From a virus, in UHGV virus genome UHGV-1351772: a DNA stretch of 64,000 nucleotides, one strand, 5' to 3'. The notes beneath the pieces are model-generated. The model searched no databases. It had not been told where the DNA came from and saw only the letters and a program-made list of their open reading frames with translations. Within the stretch, counting starts at the first letter, position 1. Every line of letters begins with the position of its first letter. Positions 27,498-37,642 of this stretch are shown here, in pieces. A program made the translations under genes and the position numbers.

Positions 27498-28280
27498 TTA
27501 AACACGTGAACCGTATATTGCACCTACTGCGTCCCATCTTGGCGCATTACCAGTAACAGCTGCACCAGCTGCTCCGCCGTTATATTCTGTACCGTTACCT
27601 TGAGTATTACATCTTCCTCCACCAGCACCGACATTACCACCCGAACCGCCTGTATATGCACTAAGAGACCCCTCACCAACAGATCCTCTACCAGGAGCGG
27701 AAATAGTACCAGCAGCCGCACCGGAACTCATATGAGAGGAAGACCCACCAGCACCGAATGGGCGACCACCGCCACCACCAAATATTAGTCTACCCCTGTT
27801 ACCGCCGCCACCGCCACCACCGCCTCCGGCAATAGCGCCACGGTTGGTTATACGCAGTCTGTTTCCTATTCCGTTCTGTATTGCGGTTCCACCTGCACCG
27901 CCTGGTGAGTTAGAACCGCCGTTGCCTCCTCTGCCGTATACTGTAACCCCAGGATTGATGATGAGGGTAATATACGAATTTGGAAGATTGCTAGGGAACT
28001 CTAAACAAGGAACCCCGCTACTATAAGACACTAAATCCCCTGTAATGGTCACAACGACAGCAGTAGAGCCTATGGAACGTAAATAGTTAATAAGCGTATC
28101 TTTATTGTAATTGTGATTAGCCCCGATCGAATACTGAGCCTCTTTTGATTTTCCCGCCAATTGCGACATCCAGCCTGGGACCGGCACACCAAGTGTGCGC
28201 ATCGCGCCAGACATCCAACCGTTACCAGCTTCAGCTTTTGCTGAAGAACCAATCCATCCGGGAGTCGCTGATACAGACAA
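27498..28280 (-). CDS. glycine-rich protein with poly-Gly segments (possible fibre-associated structural protein)
   Basis: Probable TTG start at 28280 after AGGTGG RBS (the track ORF runs to 28331 with no RBS); G9 and G5 runs plus GGxGG repeats. Confidence 0.5.
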   Translation of the reverse strand: MSVSATPGWIGSSAKAEAGNGWMSGAMRTLGVPVPGWMSQLAGKSKEAQYSIGANHNYNKDTLINYLRSIGSTAVVVTITGDLVSYSSGVPCLEFPSNLPNSYITLIINPGVTVYGRGGNGGSNSPGGAGGTAIQNGIGNRLRITNRGAIAGGGGGGGGGNRGRLIFGGGGGRPFGAGGSSSHMSSGAAAGTISAPGRGSVGEGSLSAYTGGSGGNVGAGGGRCNTQGNGTEYNGGAAGAAVTGNAPRWDAVGAIYGSRV

Positions 28281-28337
28281 AATAACCACCTTATAACGTA
28301 CTTGTGAGTCAGTGAGGGGGTTTCCCCTCACTGATAA

Positions 28338-31300
28338 TTATAACTTGGTCTCAATTATCTCCGACAACTCCTTTATTGCCTCAATAAGTAGAGCTATTTG
28401 GGCAGAGTTAGAGACCGTCAAAACGTCCTCACCATTAGCGTCTTTATAAGTAGAAACTGCTTCAGGTAACACTTTTTGTAAGGTCTGCGCTACAACACCA
28501 GCCTCACGATGAACATTAGTGGATTTAAAGTTCTCCTTTTTGTCGTATATTAAACCTGACAATTTCTTTACCTTCTCCAATGCATTAGTTATTGGAGAGA
28601 AATTACTTTTCAGTCGGGCGTCTGATCGTATATAAACGTCGTTAAAGTTACCGTTTCCACCACAAACCCAAGTACCGTCGTTTTGCAAATAAGCATTACC
28701 GTCAGTGCCATTATCAGTACGTGAGTTGTTTATCATGTAAAAGCCAAATTGACTGTTACCTAAACCACCAACAAAATATTTCCTATCAGCATGGTCTTGT
28801 CTTAACAATGCCTGAGCAGAACTAGTTCCTACCTTATTAAGACCAAAAATAACGTTATGGTCTCTCATGCTAATCCAAGAACCTGAGTTGCTGTTAATAG
28901 AATATCTATTTGCATAAACCCAAGTATTGGTTCTTATATCTCCGGTAACGTTGAGAGGTTTATTGCTTTGAACAGCCCCACTCGTAAAGCGTAAAACATG
29001 AGCATTATTGGCGTAAACATCTAGAACACCATCCCCGTTCTGCTTAAGGCCGGTGTCATTATCCCCTAAAACTATAGAGTTCCCGCCTAAAGCATTAGGG
29101 GTTCCAATACCCAATGCCCCATTCAATTGACCGCCAGATAATGGCAACGCCCCAACATCCGCAGCAGTTGGCTTGTTTCTCGTATTGTACACGCGACGCC
29201 AACCTGGTGAGTAAGCATCGCCGTTAAATACGTAGATAAACTCCGCATTAGTGAGTGCGCCGGAGACGCTCGTCGTTGTGGCGGTCGTTATACGGATCGT
29301 GTAGTTGTTTGTGCTATTGCCATTACTAATCACTTCTATAACGGCCCCAGCTAACGGAATAGCCCCACAACCCGTCTCGCTGTGTGGTATGTGCGCACTA
29401 GCGGCATAAGCCCACGCACAACGAGCAACCCACGATCTTGTGGTAAACGCGCCGTTATTTTTCAATAACGTCACTAGCTGTGCTGTAGTTATTGCAGCGC
29501 CATCAGCGCCAGTTTCTAACCAACCACTAGGCGATGCCGGGCAACCTATATCGGCAGGCCCTAACGATATATTTCTAGTGCCGTCAAATGCGATACCGTT
29601 AATGGTACGAGCTGTCTGCAACTTTGTGGCCGTGGCTGCGTTTCCGGTAGTCGACTGATTACCCGTCTGGTTTACACCAGGTAAACTGATGTCTTTAGTA
29701 CCATCAAAAGCCACACCGCCTATATTTCGCGCAGTCTGAAGTTTAGTCGCTGTCGCAGCATTACCTGTCGTATTCTGGTTGCCTTGCTGGTTAACCCCCG
29801 GTAAATTGATATCCCCAGTACCGTCAAACGTAACCCCACCAATTCTGCGAGCGGTTTTCAGTTTCGTCGCGGTAGCGGCGTTGCCGGTAGTATCTTGATT
29901 ACCTGTGGTATTTACGCCAGGAATGCTGTCACGGGCAGTATAAACTTGTGCCCAATCTGACCACGGCGCATCCGCTGTATCACGTCGACTACGAATATAA
30001 ACGGGTGCGTGCGCACCACTCGTCCCCGACCATCCGATTAACAACTCACCTTCACCTAGCGCAGTAGCGCCACCCAAATGCAGTAAGTTACCATAAGCGG
30101 TAGGATAACCGTTATTGTAAACTTCGTACATCTGAATACCAGGCGTACCTTTGTTTGAACCGGTTAGTGCAGTAACCCGACCACGACCCACCAAGGTGTT
30201 GATATTGATGTCAGCAGAACCATCGAATCTCACACCGTTAATATTTCTGGCAGTTTGAAGTTTAGTGGCTGTACCGGCATTACCCGTGGTGTTTTGATTA
30301 CCTTGTTGGTTAACACCCGGGAGGTTAATATCACCACTGCCGTCGAAAGCGACTCCACCAATTCTACGTGCGGTCTTTAATTTCGTTGCGGTTGAAGCAT
30401 TGCCGGTTAACTCGCCTGCTAACCCTTTTGCAAAGGTCTGTTTTTCTGCCCAGGTGTGTGCTGCATTCAATACAGGCATCTGGCGCGGTGTAATCGTACG
30501 ACTACCTTTCTCACCAGCGATACGTACTGCAAAGAATCGATAGTTGGCAGTAGACACCGTACTACGCCAAACCAACATACTCCGGGCTGAGGATGCGCCA
30601 TCTGATGGACCAACCAGAATGCTAACTAGGTTACCGTCAATAACACCCCAATCCATTCCCGTAGGAATGTTTTTCATGGTGTTAAGCGGCGTACAGATTA
30701 ACTCACCTGGTTTAAAGTCATAGGTTTGCCAGTCTAAAGGATCAACATTCGCACGTTCACCGCCGATACCTAATACCAGCGGAAGCGAATACGATGTGAA
30801 AACCTCACGCCAATCGCTCCAAGCGTTACCCGTACGGATACGTTGGAATTTACGACCTTTAGTTTCTACACCCGTACCGTATGTAGTATAATTCTGTTCG
30901 ACCCCTGTACCGTCTAAGCGTAAGGTAACTTCACAAACACCTAATATGGTTTCACCAGAAGAACCGGTAAGTGGGCCATTAGTTGCTTCACCAGTGACAC
31001 TGAAACGTCCCGGTTTAACGAGATCGTTAAAATTGGCTTTAAAGAAAGCACCGTCAGTCTGATAACCAACCTGAATCCAATCTTCCCATTGCGGGTTTGA
31101 TGAATCCCACGTTGCGGTCAAACCACGAACATACATCGTACCACGACGTGTGGTGTATCGTTGCAACCGTCCGAAAAGACCACCTTCCATTACTTCTAGT
31201 ACGCCTTGCGCGCCACCACCTTCTTCAGGGTAATGTCTGCTAAAAACAGCCAGCGAACTGGACGAGTTTCGCCAGTTACCCATATGCTCAGCGCCACCCA

Positions 31301-32897
31301 GAGAGTTCAAGTCTATAGAGGTAGATAACGGACGTACACCAGTAGTTACCATTCTCCACGGTGACCAGGGTCCATTGGCACCATTCCACGCACCTGACAA
31401 CATACGGTTGTACACGTTACCATTACGACAGGTAAAACGTTGCGCACCGCTGTAATTACCGGCTTTATACACTTCCAGATAACCGACCGCACCGTCTTCT
31501 GGGAAGTGTTTTGCCATCGACGCATTGGTTGACGTCGACTTAGCCCACGTTCCTGTGTAATTGGCATCTGGAGCAAATGTGTTAATATCGGCATCCGCAG
31601 GCATTTCACCACGGAAACGCAGATAGGTGTCAGGCGATAGACCGATATTGCGGGCAAACGTTTCTTTATCTGGGATATCAGCGCCGTTAGAGTTTTTCTG
31701 TAACGCGCTATTCGCTTTATCTACAGTGGCTTTTAATCCCAAGAAATTGATGATATCCGCAGTTGTCCCTTTCGCTAACAGGGTTCTGGCTGTTTCTGTA
31801 AAGTCAGTTAATCCGACTTTATTAGCACCGGTGAAATAGGGGAGCTTGTTTGCTGCGGATGTGACTGCGGCAATAGCGGTGAGTAGCGGACTGATAGGTT
31901 GCTTCTGCGCAAGTTTCTCAGTAATCGTAGTCGCGAAGTTAGGGTCATTACCTAACGCCTCGGCTAATTCCGCTAAGGTATCTAACGTTTCAGGTGAAGA
32001 CCCAACCAATTCCGCAATCGCGGCACGCACCCAAGCCGTTGTGGAGATGCTCGTGTCGTTTGAATCTTTCGGGGGTGTTGGTGACGTCGGCTTACCCGTA
32101 AAATTCGGCGAATGTTTGTTAGCCTTTAACTGTAGTTCGTCATTCAACTGCTTAACTGTAGACGGTGTAGCAGCCTCCGTCACGGATTCGCTAGTCAGGG
32201 TATTGTTAAGTTTAACGATACCTTTACCAGTCGTACTAGCGTCGATTAAGCCCTGTGCAGCGATTTTCTCCGCACGCAGTGCAGCTGATTCCGAGCGCGT
32301 AGCTGCGCCTTCTGAGCTTTCTTTATCTTTCGTGACCTGCGCAGCAACCTTTTCCACTGCGCCCTTACTGGCCTCAACTGAAGCTGCGGTATTTGCGATA
32401 CTGGTAGCCGTCTGTTGTACTTGCCCGGCTTTTTGCGTAACCGTTTCTGCTTTCTTAGTTACATCAGCCGCTGCAGCCGTCACCGATTGTTCGCTTGTAG
32501 CGATAGCTTGAGCTTTCTCATTTACCGACTGTAATACAGTATCTACGGCAGTTTTCGCGGCTAAAACTTCAGCGTGTTTTTTGCTAACCTCAGCAGTTTT
32601 AGTGGCAACGGTTCCCGCTTGCTCGCTAACTGTGGAAGCTAACGTGTCAGTTTGTTGCTTCGCTGTTTCTGCTAAGTCTTTTGCTTGTGTGGCTTCTGTT
32701 GCAGACTGTTGCGATTTGGCCGCCGCCGTTTGTGCGTCAGCAACCGCGTTTCTGACGGTGTCAATATCCGCAACAATCTCGCGGACAGGTAACTGATAAT
32801 CCCTTTCGTCTTTCGAAAAAAGTAAAACGCCTTCACCGATATCCCCGGTGTATGGACGTAAATCGTGTAAACGAATTTTCTTTACCGCTTTAGCCAT
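28338..32897 (-). CDS. long tail fibre protein with C-terminal intramolecular-chaperone (peptidase S74-like) domain
   Basis: 1519 aa; repeated TGNAxTATKLxTAR(N/R)I(G/N)GVxFDG units; C-terminal SDARLKSNF motif typical of self-cleaving chaperone domains. Confidence 0.75.
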   Translation of the reverse strand: MAKAVKKIRLHDLRPYTGDIGEGVLLFSKDERDYQLPVREIVADIDTVRNAVADAQTAAAKSQQSATEATQAKDLAETAKQQTDTLASTVSEQAGTVATKTAEVSKKHAEVLAAKTAVDTVLQSVNEKAQAIATSEQSVTAAAADVTKKAETVTQKAGQVQQTATSIANTAASVEASKGAVEKVAAQVTKDKESSEGAATRSESAALRAEKIAAQGLIDASTTGKGIVKLNNTLTSESVTEAATPSTVKQLNDELQLKANKHSPNFTGKPTSPTPPKDSNDTSISTTAWVRAAIAELVGSSPETLDTLAELAEALGNDPNFATTITEKLAQKQPISPLLTAIAAVTSAANKLPYFTGANKVGLTDFTETARTLLAKGTTADIINFLGLKATVDKANSALQKNSNGADIPDKETFARNIGLSPDTYLRFRGEMPADADINTFAPDANYTGTWAKSTSTNASMAKHFPEDGAVGYLEVYKAGNYSGAQRFTCRNGNVYNRMLSGAWNGANGPWSPWRMVTTGVRPLSTSIDLNSLGGAEHMGNWRNSSSSLAVFSRHYPEEGGGAQGVLEVMEGGLFGRLQRYTTRRGTMYVRGLTATWDSSNPQWEDWIQVGYQTDGAFFKANFNDLVKPGRFSVTGEATNGPLTGSSGETILGVCEVTLRLDGTGVEQNYTTYGTGVETKGRKFQRIRTGNAWSDWREVFTSYSLPLVLGIGGERANVDPLDWQTYDFKPGELICTPLNTMKNIPTGMDWGVIDGNLVSILVGPSDGASSARSMLVWRSTVSTANYRFFAVRIAGEKGSRTITPRQMPVLNAAHTWAEKQTFAKGLAGELTGNASTATKLKTARRIGGVAFDGSGDINLPGVNQQGNQNTTGNAGTATKLQTARNINGVRFDGSADININTLVGRGRVTALTGSNKGTPGIQMYEVYNNGYPTAYGNLLHLGGATALGEGELLIGWSGTSGAHAPVYIRSRRDTADAPWSDWAQVYTARDSIPGVNTTGNQDTTGNAATATKLKTARRIGGVTFDGTGDINLPGVNQQGNQNTTGNAATATKLQTARNIGGVAFDGTKDISLPGVNQTGNQSTTGNAATATKLQTARTINGIAFDGTRNISLGPADIGCPASPSGWLETGADGAAITTAQLVTLLKNNGAFTTRSWVARCAWAYAASAHIPHSETGCGAIPLAGAVIEVISNGNSTNNYTIRITTATTTSVSGALTNAEFIYVFNGDAYSPGWRRVYNTRNKPTAADVGALPLSGGQLNGALGIGTPNALGGNSIVLGDNDTGLKQNGDGVLDVYANNAHVLRFTSGAVQSNKPLNVTGDIRTNTWVYANRYSINSNSGSWISMRDHNVIFGLNKVGTSSAQALLRQDHADRKYFVGGLGNSQFGFYMINNSRTDNGTDGNAYLQNDGTWVCGGNGNFNDVYIRSDARLKSNFSPITNALEKVKKLSGLIYDKKENFKSTNVHREAGVVAQTLQKVLPEAVSTYKDANGEDVLTVSNSAQIALLIEAIKELSEIIETKL
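29560..29940 (-). repeat. tandem about 120-nt coding repeats within the fibre gene (three copies)
   Basis: Nucleotide and protein repeats (TATKLQTAR..NG..FDG) read directly. Confidence 0.7.
30180..30410 (-). repeat. second block of the same fibre repeat (two copies)
   Basis: Same repeat unit as 29560..29940, separated by about 240 nt of unique sequence. Confidence 0.65.
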
Positions 32898-33099
32898 GAT
32901 ATTTAATTCTCTATCGGGAGCTAAAAGATCTGAGGAAGTGTTTTACCCCTCAACATTTTTATAAGCGGATTATTATACTGGTTTTAATCCATCATCTTCT
33001 AACGTGAAAGTGATGCCCAACTCCGCGCTTCATGATTTGGGATTGTTAAGTTTTGATAAAAGTTTGCTTTGGCCTCCATTACCGGTAAAACGGTCAAGT

Positions 33100-33660
33100 T
33101 CATGTAGCCGGGTTTTCTTCAACTGAGTCGTCATCTGGAACCTCAAAGGTAAGAACAGCATCATCACCAATACAGAAGATCGCATCATCTTCGTTTGCTA
33201 ATGCTCGTTCTGTTGTATCGAATAACGTTACCATAAACGCATTCATCCACGCAGGAGAATCGTCAGCAACGTTAACAGCAATGGGTTCGTTACCTAAGGT
33301 GATATCTGCAGCACGTAAATCTTCGGGTTGTAAGTTCGTTCCGCAGAATTCATTTACAACACCTAAAATGTCACGAAGGTTGTCTTCAGTACCGTCTAAC
33401 GAAATCAAAATAGGTTCAGACGCTAACACTTCGTCCGCATCCAAACGGTCGTAATAAACAACCACAGAAGCACCATCAGGTTTCCTGATTTTTGTAATCT
33501 CTGTCAGTGTGTTACGACGCGAAGTGGTCGGGGACGGGTTTGCCATAGTGTTGCTAATACGGATTTCGTTTAGAGACAACCGTGAACCGTTATCGTGGTT
33601 GATTAAAGCGACCACCAATTCGGCTGAGGCCAGACTTAAATCAGGTACGTAAGTAGTCAC
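33100..33660 (-). CDS. hypothetical protein, small-protein paralog family (member 6 of 6)
   Basis: Probable GTG start at 33660 after GGGAGG RBS (track start 33693 runs into the terminator hairpin); paralog of 26364..26879. Confidence 0.5.
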   Translation of the reverse strand: MTTYVPDLSLASAELVVALINHDNGSRLSLNEIRISNTMANPSPTTSRRNTLTEITKIRKPDGASVVVYYDRLDADEVLASEPILISLDGTEDNLRDILGVVNEFCGTNLQPEDLRAADITLGNEPIAVNVADDSPAWMNAFMVTLFDTTERALANEDDAIFCIGDDAVLTFEVPDDDSVEENPAT

Positions 33661-33671
33661 TAAAACCTCCC

Positions 33672-33720
33672 AGATCAAAAAAAAATAAAACACCTACCGC
33701 CCATAGAATCGGGCGGTAGG
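33672..33720 (-). terminator. rho-independent terminator (minus strand)
   Basis: Stem CCTACCGCCC / GGGCGGTAGG followed by T9 on the minus strand. Confidence 0.65.
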
Positions 33721-33746
33721 CGGTCATTTTACAGCTAAATATCAAA

Positions 33747-34121
33747 TCAGACCGTTAGTTCTCCACATAACTCAACGTCGATACCGAACGTCATTCCCAC
33801 TTCTTGAAGTTTGTTCGCCAGTAGGTGACGATGACAAAACTTACCTGCGGGACAATAGCACATCAAAACCAAATCTTCGTGTCTAAGCAACGAGACCAAC
33901 GTTTCGGCATCGGTATCTAACAGTCGTTCGAGTTTGTACAAATACTTTACCGTGTATTCACGCTCAGCGGCAGCGTCTTGGGCAGAATTTTTATACGCCA
34001 TTAAGAAATCCCAGTCGGGGGCGAGTTCCTTTCGCCCTGACTTCACAGTGATATCCACTGCGTGAAATCCTTTTTGCTTAGCTAACCGCCACTTAGCGAG
34101 TTGTAGCGTCCAGATACGCAT
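33747..34121 (-). CDS. DUF488-like protein
   Basis: C-terminal CYCPAGKFCHRHLLA resembles the conserved C-x-C...CHR motif recalled for DUF488; low certainty. Confidence 0.4.
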   Translation of the reverse strand: MRIWTLQLAKWRLAKQKGFHAVDITVKSGRKELAPDWDFLMAYKNSAQDAAAEREYTVKYLYKLERLLDTDAETLVSLLRHEDLVLMCYCPAGKFCHRHLLANKLQEVGMTFGIDVELCGELTV

Positions 34122-34321
34122 TAGGAACGAGTCTGCGATTCAGCCATCAGCGCACAACTTTTTACAGCCTGTGCATGAAGCTCTGTACCTGGTGTGTAAT
34201 CCTTTATACAATCCTGATACAATTCACGTTTTGTTTCTAGAACACGATTATCGTACTCAGCACTTGCTAGTGCACCTGCGATAAGGATAAAAACTAGAAT
34301 CGGCAACCAAATTTTCATCAT
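34121..34321 (-). CDS. small membrane protein
   Basis: 66 aa with N-terminal hydrophobic helix (IWLPILVFILIAGALASA). Confidence 0.45.
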   Translation of the reverse strand: MMKIWLPILVFILIAGALASAEYDNRVLETKRELYQDCIKDYTPGTELHAQAVKSCALMAESQTRS

Positions 34322-34527
34322 CCATCTCCCATACGTTTAGCGTATTCCGTACACGCCATTACTAATTCGGCGTAACGTGGATTATCTACAGTAGTACCTG
34401 ACATACATTCACGGTAAAGGGTCTCTCTACGTGATTCGTCAGACGTCTTAACGTAGAACATCAGCATCGATACAATCAGCGCAGTTGAAACAATTGCCGA
34501 GATGATATATCCGTCATTTATTTTCAT
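34318..34527 (-). CDS. small membrane protein
   Basis: 69 aa with hydrophobic helix (YIISAIVSTALIVSMLMFYV). Confidence 0.45.
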   Translation of the reverse strand: MKINDGYIISAIVSTALIVSMLMFYVKTSDESRRETLYRECMSGTTVDNPRYAELVMACTEYAKRMGDG

Positions 34528-35044
34528 CTATAAAACACCATGGTTCTGGATAAAACTCTGTAAGTAAATCAACGTAAAAACTATGTAAATTTGTTAGTGT
34601 TATAACGCACCCTAACAAATCATGCTCAGTATGGTGATAAATCACTACAGATGTTTCTGATACCCGTTTAACATGTATATGGCCCACGTCTTTAATGCTC
34701 TGATACAATCGTCCGAAATCGACCGTACCGACAGCATCAGATGAATCCGTAACCGAGTACCGTATACGTGGGGTTTCATTATTTACTAACGAAAGAAATT
34801 TCTCCACACTTTCAGCATGGATTTGTTCCATAAAGGATAAGTGTGGGAACACTTCTTTACGTAACGCGCTGCTTGAAATCTTAGCAAAAACCTGACGTTC
34901 CGTTAAGCGCATTAACTCGCCCAATTTCTTCAAGTCTTTGTTATAATTCAGAAAAGCAACCACCTTTTCATCGTGCGTAATAGGCGGCCATTCGACCGCC
35001 TTTGCCCGACGTTGCTTAAACCAACTCGCAAGTCGCGCTATCAC
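34514..35044 (-). CDS. hypothetical protein
   Basis: 176-aa ORF. Confidence 0.5.
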   Translation of the reverse strand: MIARLASWFKQRRAKAVEWPPITHDEKVVAFLNYNKDLKKLGELMRLTERQVFAKISSSALRKEVFPHLSFMEQIHAESVEKFLSLVNNETPRIRYSVTDSSDAVGTVDFGRLYQSIKDVGHIHVKRVSETSVVIYHHTEHDLLGCVITLTNLHSFYVDLLTEFYPEPWCFIDENK

Positions 35045-35046
35045 GC

Positions 35047-35739
35047 TTAGTAATCCTCTTCCTGATTCACTACCGATTGGATACGGGATGCGACTTCGTT
35101 AGTGTCCAGGTCAGTTTCGTCTACCTTATCCACAAGTTTCTGTACTTTACGTACATGTGATTCGGTAATATCAAAACGACCACGATCAGCTAACAGCAAC
35201 GTTACCATGTCCTTACGTGTAACCATCAGTTCTTCTTCAGGTAAGTGTAAGGATTTGTCTAACAGACCCGAATGCATGAAGTTTTCCAGTAAGCGTTCTT
35301 CTCCCTGGTCAAAATCATAACGTTCATTAGGTGCAGCAACGAAAGCATAACCGAAGTAGTTTTCTTCCGTCTCACGTAGCGACTTGATGATTTTGTCACC
35401 GTGTTGACAGAAATCACTTAACGTGTAGTCGTCAAGCGTTGCCACGATGGTTTCTGCTTGCACGCCGTTATCTGTTTCGTACAGATGCGCAACCCACAGT
35501 TTCCAGTTACGTGGCTCGTCAAACAAACCACCGATTAACATATCGGTAGCCGCCATGCGCATACGCGGTGACGTTGTAAATTGGAAACCACGACCTGCGT
35601 ACGGACCGATAGGACGAATAGAACTACCGACGAAAGTAATGCGGTTTAGCGCATTTTCAGCAATGGTGTGCGCAGTACGGTTAGCAGCGGCTTTCGGGTT
35701 ATACTTTTTGTTACGCGGTTTCTTTTGTTTGGTAGCCAT
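35047..35739 (-). CDS. hypothetical protein
   Basis: 230-aa ORF with basic N-terminus. Confidence 0.5.
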   Translation of the reverse strand: MATKQKKPRNKKYNPKAAANRTAHTIAENALNRITFVGSSIRPIGPYAGRGFQFTTSPRMRMAATDMLIGGLFDEPRNWKLWVAHLYETDNGVQAETIVATLDDYTLSDFCQHGDKIIKSLRETEENYFGYAFVAAPNERYDFDQGEERLLENFMHSGLLDKSLHLPEEELMVTRKDMVTLLLADRGRFDITESHVRKVQKLVDKVDETDLDTNEVASRIQSVVNQEEDY

Positions 35740-36221
35740 TATTTATTCTCAACTAATACTGTGTGGAATGCTTTATAAAGAGCCTGTCGTGCCTCAATTA
35801 ATACTGGACGATTAATCAAGCACATGTATCCGATTTTCCAAGACCAGTAAGACGTGTCATCGGTATTTAACCCGTAATCAGGTTCAAGATATACCAAATC
35901 AGTGTATGCATCTGGTATATAAAGACGACACAAACTAAGATTCCAGAAATTCGGTAAATCCGATTTTGCAAGTTCACTCATTAGCCGCATTGGAATCTGT
36001 CTTCCAATAGCGTCCGTTGCAAAAACGATATGCAGATTTCCAGGTGACTTAGAATACATACCGTGACCTTCACAACTCCACATTGTCGCCAGGTGCGGAT
36101 GGTCGTTGATTAGTTTACAGGTATCACGAACACCTTTTTCAATATAGCCGTTTTTAACTGCAAACTGAGCACGCTCTTTAAATGACGCTAATCTTTCTGC
36201 GTCAACGGAAAATTGAATCAT
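35739..36221 (-). CDS. hypothetical protein
   Basis: 160-aa ORF. Confidence 0.5.
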   Translation of the reverse strand: MIQFSVDAERLASFKERAQFAVKNGYIEKGVRDTCKLINDHPHLATMWSCEGHGMYSKSPGNLHIVFATDAIGRQIPMRLMSELAKSDLPNFWNLSLCRLYIPDAYTDLVYLEPDYGLNTDDTSYWSWKIGYMCLINRPVLIEARQALYKAFHTVLVENK

Positions 36222-36724
36222 GACGGATTCTTCCCTAAAATTATCTCGCGCATTTCCAGATAGGTGTCAAACGGCACCACGGTGTCTTTATAACGTAGCG
36301 TTACGTAGGTTACAAAATGTTGGGGTGCCAGGAAAGGACGTTTTGGTGACCCGTCGTGATTGTAATACTGCTTCGGACGATATTTGTTGAAAATATCTTC
36401 CCGTGGGAACAATGATTTCTGAATAACCACTTCCCAACGGTGTGGCGTTTCCAAGAGCCCAATACGGATCAGCATACCGTCTACCCACCGGCTCATGTTT
36501 TCGGTTAATACGAAACTGACGTGGTGGTGCTGTACCTCTGCTAACGCGACTTCGGGTTCTTTATCCAGTCGCATTAATACCGCAAACAGTGGGCGATAAT
36601 CAGAATCGTACAAGTCACGGAAAGCAGTTTTCTCACGCTGTTTAAACAACTCAACAATTTCTTTAGATTCGAAGTAATTCATTTTGAAATCCCCAATTCG
36701 TAAGTAACTAAATCGAACAAACAC
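36218..36724 (-). CDS. hypothetical protein
   Basis: 168-aa ORF. Confidence 0.5.
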   Translation of the reverse strand: MFVRFSYLRIGDFKMNYFESKEIVELFKQREKTAFRDLYDSDYRPLFAVLMRLDKEPEVALAEVQHHHVSFVLTENMSRWVDGMLIRIGLLETPHRWEVVIQKSLFPREDIFNKYRPKQYYNHDGSPKRPFLAPQHFVTYVTLRYKDTVVPFDTYLEMREIILGKNPS

Positions 36725-37074
36725 ATTTCCAGCATCGCTTGATACAACGTGTGTTCCCCATTACCCACAAAACCATTGTTCAACATTTTATACGTATCTA
36801 TTCCAAACATCGTCTTTACGTCTATAGGACGTTTTTCGAGAATACGTAATAGCGATATTTCCATTACAATCCAATAAGCAGGCTCAACCTTAATTCTGAA
36901 TAACGGATTGATTTTACTTATTGTTTTATCCCAAATATTAAACCAGCGAACCCATTCTGTGCTATTCTGGGGTTTACGCAATCTAAGACGCGTATACGGT
37001 GAGTTGTTATATTGGTCGATAAATGTCTTAATGACATCAGCTTTTCTTGACATTATACCTATTATTGCGGTCAT
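36679..37074 (-). CDS. hypothetical protein
   Basis: 131-aa ORF. Confidence 0.45.
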   Translation of the reverse strand: MTAIIGIMSRKADVIKTFIDQYNNSPYTRLRLRKPQNSTEWVRWFNIWDKTISKINPLFRIKVEPAYWIVMEISLLRILEKRPIDVKTMFGIDTYKMLNNGFVGNGEHTLYQAMLEMCLFDLVTYELGISK

Positions 37075-37120
37075 CTCTATATTCTCCTAATCATTAAAAT
37101 AGCCGCAGTTGTAAAAAAGA

Positions 37121-37642
37121 CTACGGGTTAAAAGGCAGCGGTTTGCAATCCCGCTTTTTCAACTCCTCTACTAACTCAGGTAATGTACACCAACGTTTAA
37201 ATTGGTTGTTAGCTTTAAAGTGGCTGAGAATCTCCTCAATGCGCTCAATAGACCACTTCCCTTTCCCTACGTTGTCTAGATCCTTACGTACCGAGAGCGT
37301 CTCAATGGTAAACGCTAACTCTGAACTATCCGAGTGGTCGTACAACAATCTTACTGGTGTTGGTTGGTGTAGCGTAACACGCCACCCTGACTCTTTAGCC
37401 CAGTAGACGTCTTTAATTCGACCGCTGACGTCAATTACGGAACTGATATAAGTCCAATCACTATCCAGTTTGTTCTTTTCGGCGGTTAATGCATCTTCTA
37501 ATCGTAATGAGTTAGGAGACGGAATCCACCAACCGTACTTACCGTAATAATCGTCTATTACAGTAATACCTTCGTAATACAGATATTGTGTTTTTGTATT
37601 AACGAATATTTCATCGCCAATTAAGACAGCGTTTATCTTCAT
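37121..37642 (-). CDS. hypothetical protein
   Basis: 173-aa ORF. Confidence 0.5.
   Translation of the reverse strand: MKINAVLIGDEIFVNTKTQYLYYEGITVIDDYYGKYGWWIPSPNSLRLEDALTAEKNKLDSDWTYISSVIDVSGRIKDVYWAKESGWRVTLHQPTPVRLLYDHSDSSELAFTIETLSVRKDLDNVGKGKWSIERIEEILSHFKANNQFKRWCTLPELVEELKKRDCKPLPFNP

Noticed and set aside
27770-27830. GCC/ACC-rich repeat that might look like a CRISPR or microsatellite array
   Set aside because: It is the coding sequence for poly-Gly in the glycine-rich protein; no spacer-repeat periodicity.
28307-28330. Hairpin CAGTGAGGGG / CCCCTCACTG between the glycine-rich gene and the fibre gene
   Set aside because: No adjacent T-run and only 6 nt from the fibre stop; could be an RNA stability element but the evidence is insufficient.
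31846-32511. 221-aa Ala-rich ORF on the plus strand inside the fibre gene
   Set aside because: Antisense shadow ORF within a well-supported 1519-aa minus-strand CDS; composition reflects the complement of Ala/Thr/Gly-rich fibre codons.
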